Positions 60,176 to 64,000 of a DNA stretch of 64,000 bases are shown in pieces. How positions within the stretch are numbered: position 1 is the first letter of the stretch; each line of letters begins with the position of its first letter. Location of the stretch: the NCBI GenBank assembly GCA_964236265.1, contig CAXSDE010000001.1:84614-148613 (forward strand), written 5' to 3'. Both the position numbers and the translations under genes were made by a program. The notes below the pieces were generated by a model. It was not told the origin of the DNA, did not search any database, and saw only the letters and a list, made by a program, of their open reading frames with translations. The stretch is from an uncultured bacterium. GTDB lineage: Bacteria > Actinomycetota > Actinomycetes > JAVEEB01.

Positions 60176-60797
60176 CCGGCACGTCGCTCGTGGGGGCGAC
60201 CGCGTCCGGAGGCATCGGCGCGCAGGCCGTGGCAGACAACAGGCGCTGCCACGGCAACTCCGATGCGACGGGATCGACCAGTCCGCGCCGAGTCGCGTCC
60301 TGCGGCGGGATGCCGCTGTCGGGCATGAGCCAACTCGTCCGGACGCCCCATGGGCGGTGGACGTGCACGGGGATGGGCCAGCTCCCTCGGGGCACCGCGG
60401 CGCAGTCGGTGACATCGTAAGTCAGCGTCACAACGACGCCGGTCGCCGGCGGGACGTCCATGGGCAGCTCGGCGTCGATGGCGCGCAGCGCGATTCCCGT
60501 GCCGCTGCGCCCGATGGCCACGACGCGGACCGTTGCCCAGCCCTCGTTGCGGATGTCGATCTGCTGCGTGACCCGATGCGTCGCAATGTCGGCCGACCAT
60601 CCGTTGTCCGCCGTGCCGCGCACCACATGTGGGACAACGAATCCCGACTGCCACCCGGCCGTCACGACACCCGACGTGAGGAGTGACAGCACACCTACCG
60701 CCCACAGCCGCAGGCGGTCACGACGGGTGAGCCGGCCGGCGTCAGGGTCGAGCGCCTGCCAGATCTCGTCCGGCAGCAGCTCAGAGGCAGAGGTCAT
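60165..60797 (-). CDS. Hypothetical membrane protein.
   Basis: 210-aa ORF with one N-terminal TM helix (LWAVGVLSLLTSGVVTAGW). Its 3' end overlaps the permease end by 11 nt. Confidence 0.4.
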   Translation of the reverse strand: MTSASELLPDEIWQALDPDAGRLTRRDRLRLWAVGVLSLLTSGVVTAGWQSGFVVPHVVRGTADNGWSADIATHRVTQQIDIRNEGWATVRVVAIGRSGTGIALRAIDAELPMDVPPATGVVVTLTYDVTDCAAVPRGSWPIPVHVHRPWGVRTSWLMPDSGIPPQDATRRGLVDPVASELPWQRLLSATACAPMPPDAVAPTSDVPVNP

Positions 60798-60856
60798 GAC
60801 GACAATGTATCAACTACTTGGTACATTGTGGCAAGCCCTCGACATCGGAGCCCTGC

Positions 60857-61702
60857 ATGCCCATCCTGGCCTCACTCGTCATCGCCGCTCTCGTCATCCT
60901 CGGACTGACGAAGTCACGAGGCGTGTTCGGCCCCGTGGAGCGCAAGCGCATCGAGCGTTTCGCCGCGCGGCAGCAGTTGGCCATCACTGTCGCCAACGGC
61001 AACCGCGTCATCGCCTATCTCGCGACGACACGACGCTGGCGAGCGGGTGGGCTCGCCGTATCCATCGCGGCCAGCTTCGTGTGGGGCATTGCCCACGGCG
61101 GTCCCAGCTTCGGTTCGCTGCAGTTGTTCAGCGCGTGGTTCGCCGGCGCGGTGATTGCCGAGTGGCGCGTCACCAAGCTGCCCGCCGGTGACCGGCGCGC
61201 CGCGTCGCTGGAGGCGCGCGCCCCCGAGTTGTACGTCTCACGGGTGGCGCGGGCGGCCCCGCCGCTCTTCGCCGCGGTGTCGGTCGCGGCGTTGGTGGTC
61301 TGCGTCGCGGTGCCCGGTGCCCGGCAGCGGCTGCCGATGGGCGAGCTGGCCTTCAACGCACTGGTGGCAACGGTCTTCGCAGCGATCGGCCGCCTCGTGG
61401 AACGCCGCATCCTCGACCGGCCGCAGCCGCTGACAGCTCCCGACCTCGTCGCCGCGGACGATGCCATCCGCTCCCGCTCGCTCCACGTGACGGTCGCGTC
61501 CATCACAGCCGTCACCGGGTTCTGCCTCGGGTCGCAGCTGTCCGCCGTCGCGCATACCTACCCGGGGACCGGCATCGGCTCCTACCTAGGCATGGTGGCC
61601 GTGCTGGGACCGCTCTGCGTCGCGATCGCGGCGTACAGGTTTTCGACACTGCCGTGGTCCGTCCGGCGCACGGTTGCCGGGCACGTGGAGCACGGCACGT
61701 GA
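60857..61702 (+). CDS. Hypothetical polytopic membrane protein.
   Basis: MPILASLVIAALVILGL... Several hydrophobic helices. Its stop overlaps the GntR start. Confidence 0.45.
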   Translation: MPILASLVIAALVILGLTKSRGVFGPVERKRIERFAARQQLAITVANGNRVIAYLATTRRWRAGGLAVSIAASFVWGIAHGGPSFGSLQLFSAWFAGAVIAEWRVTKLPAGDRRAASLEARAPELYVSRVARAAPPLFAAVSVAALVVCVAVPGARQRLPMGELAFNALVATVFAAIGRLVERRILDRPQPLTAPDLVAADDAIRSRSLHVTVASITAVTGFCLGSQLSAVAHTYPGTGIGSYLGMVAVLGPLCVAIAAYRFSTLPWSVRRTVAGHVEHGT

Positions 61703-62073
61703 TCGTCTCGGTCGACCCCGGGAGCGCGGTGCCGCCGTACGAGCAGATCCGTTCGCAGATCGAGACGATGGTGCGTGCCGGCACGCTTCCACCGGGCGCC
61801 CCGCTGCCGCCGATCCGGCGCCTCGCGGCAGATCTCGGCGTGGCCTCCGGCACCGTCGCCCGCGCGTACCGGGAGCTCGAGCTGGCCGAGATCGTCATCA
61901 CCCGCGGGCGGCACGGCACGCACATCGCGGACGTGCCACCCGGCCTGACCCCGGCGCAGCTGCGCGCGCGACTGGCCGAGGCGGCGCGCGCGTATGCAGG
62001 GCTCGGGCGACAGCTCGGCGTGCCGGTCAACGAGCTGATCGCCGTCCTCCGGGCCACGTCTGCGGAAACGTAG
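61699..62073 (+). CDS. Short GntR-family (YtrA-like) transcriptional regulator.
   Basis: PPYEQIRSQIETMVRAGTLPPGAPLPPIRRLAADLGVASGTVARAYRELELAEIV is a GntR winged-HTH. The GTG overlaps the upstream stop. Confidence 0.75.
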   Translation: MIVSVDPGSAVPPYEQIRSQIETMVRAGTLPPGAPLPPIRRLAADLGVASGTVARAYRELELAEIVITRGRHGTHIADVPPGLTPAQLRARLAEAARAYAGLGRQLGVPVNELIAVLRATSAET

Positions 62074-62135
62074 CCGCTGCTTGTGCCAAACGGGGGCTCA
62101 GTCCTTGCGGCCCGTGAGAGCGACCGCGATCCCGA

Positions 62136-62232
62136 TCGGCAGCGGCGGCGGCAGCGGCGGCAGCGGCAGCGGCAGCGGCAGCGGCAGCGGCGGCAGCGGC
62201 AGCGGCAGCGGCGGCGGCGGCGGCGGCAGCGC
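62136..62232. repeat. (GGC/AGC)n trinucleotide microsatellite, about 32 units, intergenic between the convergent GntR and purE genes.
   Basis: cggcagcggcggcagcggcagcggcagc...ggcggcggcggcggcagc seen directly. Confidence 0.85.
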
Positions 62233-62268
62233 GTACGTCAGGACGGCGCCGGTGCGCCGCACAATTTA

Positions 62269-62748
62269 TCAGCGACCCGCGGCCGCGGTCTCGAACGCAT
62301 CCTTGAAGTTGGCCAGCTTGGCGCGCAGGTCGGGGTCGCCGATCGACAGGATCTGCACGGCGAGCACCGCCGCGTTCTTCGCGTTGTCCAGGCCGACCAC
62401 TGCAATGGGGACGCCGGTCGACATCTCCGTCAACGACAGCACGGCGTTGACGGCGCCCGTCGGCGAGTTTCCGCGCAGCGGCACGCCGATCACCGGGATC
62501 GTCACGAACGAGGCGATCGAGGCGGCCAACGACCCGCCGCCGATCGAAGCGCCCGCGATGACGCATTCGACGCCACTCGGCTCCAGCTCGGCCACGTAGT
62601 CGGCGAGCGTCCGAGGGGAACGGTGCGGTGAGATGAACTGCTCGTCGTACGACACACCGAAGCGCTGGAGCATCGCTCCTGCCTGGGCCATGACGTCGTG
62701 GTCGGACGGCGATCCGTAGACGATCGCGACGCGGGGGTTGCCGCTCAC
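62269..62748 (-). CDS. purE: N5-CAIR mutase.
   Basis: ...RVAIVYGSPSDHDVMAQAG...IAGASIGGGSLAASIASF...VIGVPL... 159 aa. Confidence 0.92.
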   Translation of the reverse strand: MSGNPRVAIVYGSPSDHDVMAQAGAMLQRFGVSYDEQFISPHRSPRTLADYVAELEPSGVECVIAGASIGGGSLAASIASFVTIPVIGVPLRGNSPTGAVNAVLSLTEMSTGVPIAVVGLDNAKNAAVLAVQILSIGDPDLRAKLANFKDAFETAAAGR

Positions 62749-64000
62749 CGGGTCTCCTCGCTGGTCGGGACATGGGTCGGGATGGTGATGTCGAGATTCA
62801 CCGCGCGGAGCGCGATGTCGTTGCGATACACGCTGCCGTCCAGTCTTATCCGGTCGACGGCCTCGTATGCCGCATCCCGCGCGGCGGCGAGATTCGCGCC
62901 GCGCGCCGTGACGACGAGCACGCGCCCGCCGGCGGACACCACACGGCCCTGGGCGTCGAGGGCCGTGCCGGCGTGCAGCACGTCGACACCGGCGACCGCC
63001 GCCGCTTCCTCGAGGCCGGTGATGATTTCGCCGGTGCGCGGCGGGCCGGGATAGCCCGCGGCGGCGATCACCACGCACACCGCAGCGTCGTCGTGCCAGT
63101 CCAAAGGCGGGTGCTCCGACAGTGTGCCGGTCGCGGCAGCCAGCAGGAGCCCACCGAGCGGCGTCTTGAGGCGCGCCAGGACGACCTCGGTCTCCGGGTC
63201 GCCGAAGCGCGCGTTGAACTCGATCACCCGCGGGCCATCGGCCGTCAATGCGAGGCCGGCGAAGAGGCAGCCGTTGAAGGGCGTGCCGCGATCGGCGAGC
63301 TCGCGGACGGTGGGCTCGAGCACCGTGCGTTGCAGGTCATCGACGAGGGCGGCCGGTGCCCAGGGCAGCGGCGAGTAGGCGCCCATCCCGCCGGTGTTGG
63401 GCCCCGCGTCGCCGTCGCCGAGCCGCTTGAAGTCCTGCGCCGGCGCCAGCGGCACGACTGTTGTGCCGTCGGTGATCGCGAACAGGGAGACCTCGGGACC
63501 GTCGAGGAACTCCTCGAGCAGGATGCGGGTCTCGCTCGGCCCGCTCCCGAACGCGCCCGCGAACGCTTCCGAGACGGCTGACCTCGCCGCCTCCAGATCC
63601 GCGGTTACGGTGACACCCTTGCCGGCGGCGAGACCGTCGAACTTCACGACGTACGGCGCCGTTGCCGCCGCCAGCCCGGCGAGGGTGGCGGCCTCCGTCG
63701 TGAACGAGCCTGCCCCGGCCGTCGGAACCCCGGCCGCGACCATCACGTCCTTGGCGAAGGACTTCGACCCCTCGAGGGCCGCCGCACCGCGCCCCGGACC
63801 GAATGTCGCGATCCCCCGCGCCCGGCAGGCGTCGGCGGCGCCCACCACCAGCGGCGCCTCGGGCCCGATCACGACGAGGTCGGCGCCCACGTCGACGGCC
63901 AGCTGCGCGACGGCTTCGGGGTCGGTCGTGCGGAGCGGGAAAGCCTCGGCCAGCGCCGACGTTCCGGCGTTGCCAGGCGCGCAGACGATCGCTGTCACGG
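62745..64000 (-). CDS. purD: Phosphoribosylamine-glycine ligase (GAR synthetase). The N-terminus runs past the window end.
   Basis: ...FVAPGNAGTA-type block IVCAPGNAGTSALAE, then ...YVVKFDGLAAGKGV... (ATP-grasp). Overlaps the purE start by 4 bp. Confidence 0.9.
   Translation of the reverse strand, partial: VTAIVCAPGNAGTSALAEAFPLRTTDPEAVAQLAVDVGADLVVIGPEAPLVVGAADACRARGIATFGPGRGAAALEGSKSFAKDVMVAAGVPTAGAGSFTTEAATLAGLAAATAPYVVKFDGLAAGKGVTVTADLEAARSAVSEAFAGAFGSGPSETRILLEEFLDGPEVSLFAITDGTTVVPLAPAQDFKRLGDGDAGPNTGGMGAYSPLPWAPAALVDDLQRTVLEPTVRELADRGTPFNGCLFAGLALTADGPRVIEFNARFGDPETEVVLARLKTPLGGLLLAAATGTLSEHPPLDWHDDAAVCVVIAAAGYPGPPRTGEIITGLEEAAAVAGVDVLHAGTALDAQGRVVSAGGRVLVVTARGANLAAARDAAYEAVDRIRLDGSVYRNDIALRAVNLDITIPTHVPTSEETR

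Overview
High-GC (about 70%) actinobacterial chromosomal segment with dense, mostly non-mobile gene content. I found no rRNA, tRNA, transposase, integrase or CRISPR.

Recognisable core genes:
- Purine biosynthesis genes scattered across the window: purM-purF, purL-purQ-purS, purC, purB, purE-purD.
- A complete kdpFABCDE potassium-uptake operon. It includes a 29-aa kdpF that is absent from the ORF track.
- bldC, a DUF3073 gene, catalase katE, msrA, an ECF sigma / anti-sigma pair, a DEAD-box helicase and a sugar ABC importer with a PfkB kinase and an AGE epimerase.
- Two PAS-GGDEF-EAL proteins.
- A secreted S8 protease with FG-GAP repeats.

The most unusual region is about 28.3-39.0 kb. It contains:
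- a monocistronic gene for a WXG100/ESAT-6-like small protein with a strong RBS and a perfect terminator;
- a DUF1697 gene;
- a translationally coupled operon of three very large proteins (478, 252 and 662 aa) with type IV prepilin / class-III signal peptides (G|FTLVE, G|FSLVE, and a PilX/TadG-like N-terminus);
- a convergent 1472-aa FtsK/SpoIIIE ATPase with an N-terminal ubiquitin-like + FHA module, a TM segment and three P-loop domains, which is EssC/EccC-like type VII secretion architecture.

The window has no prepilin peptidase, pilus ATPase or platform protein. It also has none of the other type VII core genes (EccB/EccD/MycP or EssA/EssB/EsaA). I read this as a candidate undescribed hybrid locus that combines pseudopilin-like proteins with a type VII secretion-like FtsK ATPase.

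Several intergenic regions carry short tandem direct repeats of 12-21 bp in 2-6 copies, plus a GGC/AGC microsatellite. Some of these are plausible operator arrays, upstream of kdpF, msrA, the pilin operon and the purF/protease divergent region. All coordinates may be off by 1-2 nt where I had to index by hand.
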